The position numbers and the translations under genes were made by a program. The notes under the pieces were generated by a model. The model had not been told where the DNA came from. It did not search any database and saw only the letters and a list, made by a program, of their open reading frames with translations. DNA of 63,678 nucleotides, counting the filler, from Octopus bimaculoides (lineage: Eukaryota), in NCBI RefSeq assembly GCF_001194135.2. It is 5 parts of 5 records of this genome, joined end to end, with 100 filler letters (N's around TTAATTAATTAA, not from the genome) between each part and the next. Parts side by side here need not be neighbours in the genome. Positions count along the whole stretch, not along the records: positions 60,372 to 63,678 come from NC_068987.1; 4 more parts are not named here. One strand, given 5' to 3'. Each line of letters begins with the position of its first letter. Within the stretch, counting starts at the first letter, position 1. Below, in pieces: positions 62,392-63,678 of this stretch.

Positions 62392-62419
62392 ACAGTCGAA
62401 TATATTGATAATCTTCTCT

Positions 62420-62592
62420 ACTAAAGGCACACGGCCTAAAATTTGGTTTGGAGTGTACAAGTCGATTACGTTGACTCCGAAGGATAAAAGCAAAATCGAT
62501 CAAGGTAGAATTTAAACTCAAAACGTAAAGACGGACGAAAAGCTGATAAGCATTTTACCCGTCTGTTAACGATTCTACCAACACGCCGCCTT
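62420..62592 (-). mobile_element. SINE family A, old copy
   Basis: Degenerate family A head and body. Confidence 0.7.
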
Positions 62593-62817
62593 GTATCCGT
62601 CGACGAATATATATATAATACTTGCAATCGTAGTGTCTATTAGTGAAAAGTCAATTTTTGTTCTTAGATGAATGATGAATTAGCTCTTCCAATCAAGTAA
62701 ATAAATGAAAATGTGCTTATAAGTGTCTTCGGTTGATTTATATGTTTATTCCCTTCTCTAGAGTGGAAAAATCACACTATGCAATACATTACAAACATAT
62801 GTCCATATACAAATGTA

Positions 62818-62854
<37 letters not shown>

Positions 62855-63637
62855 GCGTGTCTATGTGTGTTTGCGTTTGCTTGTGTGTGTGTGTGTGTGT
62901 GTGTGTGTATTTGTAGGCATGTATGTATGAAAGTATGTATGTATGTATGTATGTATGTATGTATGTATGTATGTATGTATGTATGAATGCATTCACGTAC
63001 GTGTGTATATAGTCGGCTGAAACAAATTGGGTACAGTTAGAAGTTTTCAAGTGTGAGGGTAAGTAATTGCGCCAGCTATCTTAGACTAAAAACATTGTCA
63101 GAAGAAAATGGAAGATTGCGTCGATTCCTGACAAAAGGATTATAATTTTGAAATAACGTAATTTATGTGCAAATAACTTGTCTTACCAGTTGAAAGCTAC
63201 TCTAGTAGGCTTATGTAGCGTTCTTCACATTTTGTGCCTTCTTCACGGTCACATTATTTCGTACAATTCTCCTTTACTGAGATGAGGCTCCGCACGCAAG
63301 AACAATTGACTGCGAAGCTTCACTCGCCATTGTTCTCTCGAAATCTTATTGTATTCTGTAAAAATATCCCAAATCTTGACTTCTTTCGACGTAGTCTGAA
63401 TACCACTCGTTTCTTTTCTACAGAATTAGGTCTGCTGACACAAGTAACACCTATGCCGCTTCCAAGAATCCCCTTCATCTAGCTTCGATCGCGTGATGTT
63501 CTACATTTTAGTCTACGTCTTCGCATTCTACATATACAAACATGAACACATGCATATGCAAGTATATATGTGTGTGTGTGTGTATGCATCAGTGTGCATG
63601 TCTATATAATTATATATAGATTATATATAAATATAAT

Positions 63638-63668
<31 letters not shown>

Positions 63669-63678
63669 ATATATATAT

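Overview
AT-rich, gap-ridden, microsatellite-dense eukaryotic (metazoan) scaffold. The SINE families and repeat landscape look like a coleoid cephalopod (Octopus-like); this is inference from repeat motifs. I could not confidently identify any host protein-coding gene: the window reads as intergenic DNA or the giant intron(s) of an unseen gene. Almost all recognisable coding sequence is decayed transposon. This includes RTE-clade LINEs (three copies, with a PHD-type C4HC3 finger inside the RT), R4/Dong-like LINE pieces, Penelope-like elements (one with ~335-bp inverted terminal repeats), Gypsy fragments and two LTRs. It also includes hAT, mariner/Tc1, Merlin and Helitron remnants, several MITEs and at least five tRNA-headed SINE families. 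The most interesting signal is RNA-level: five minimal type I hammerhead-like motifs. One is the tail of a tRNA/Pol III-headed SINE-like element (4095-4367, minus strand). Two sit in the Penelope inverted repeats and share a non-canonical GCAA core. Most long ORFs in the supplied track are artefacts of N-runs and microsatellites, and the TTAATTAATTAA words inside gaps are assembly linkers. Element boundaries are approximate unless a TSD or TIR is quoted.
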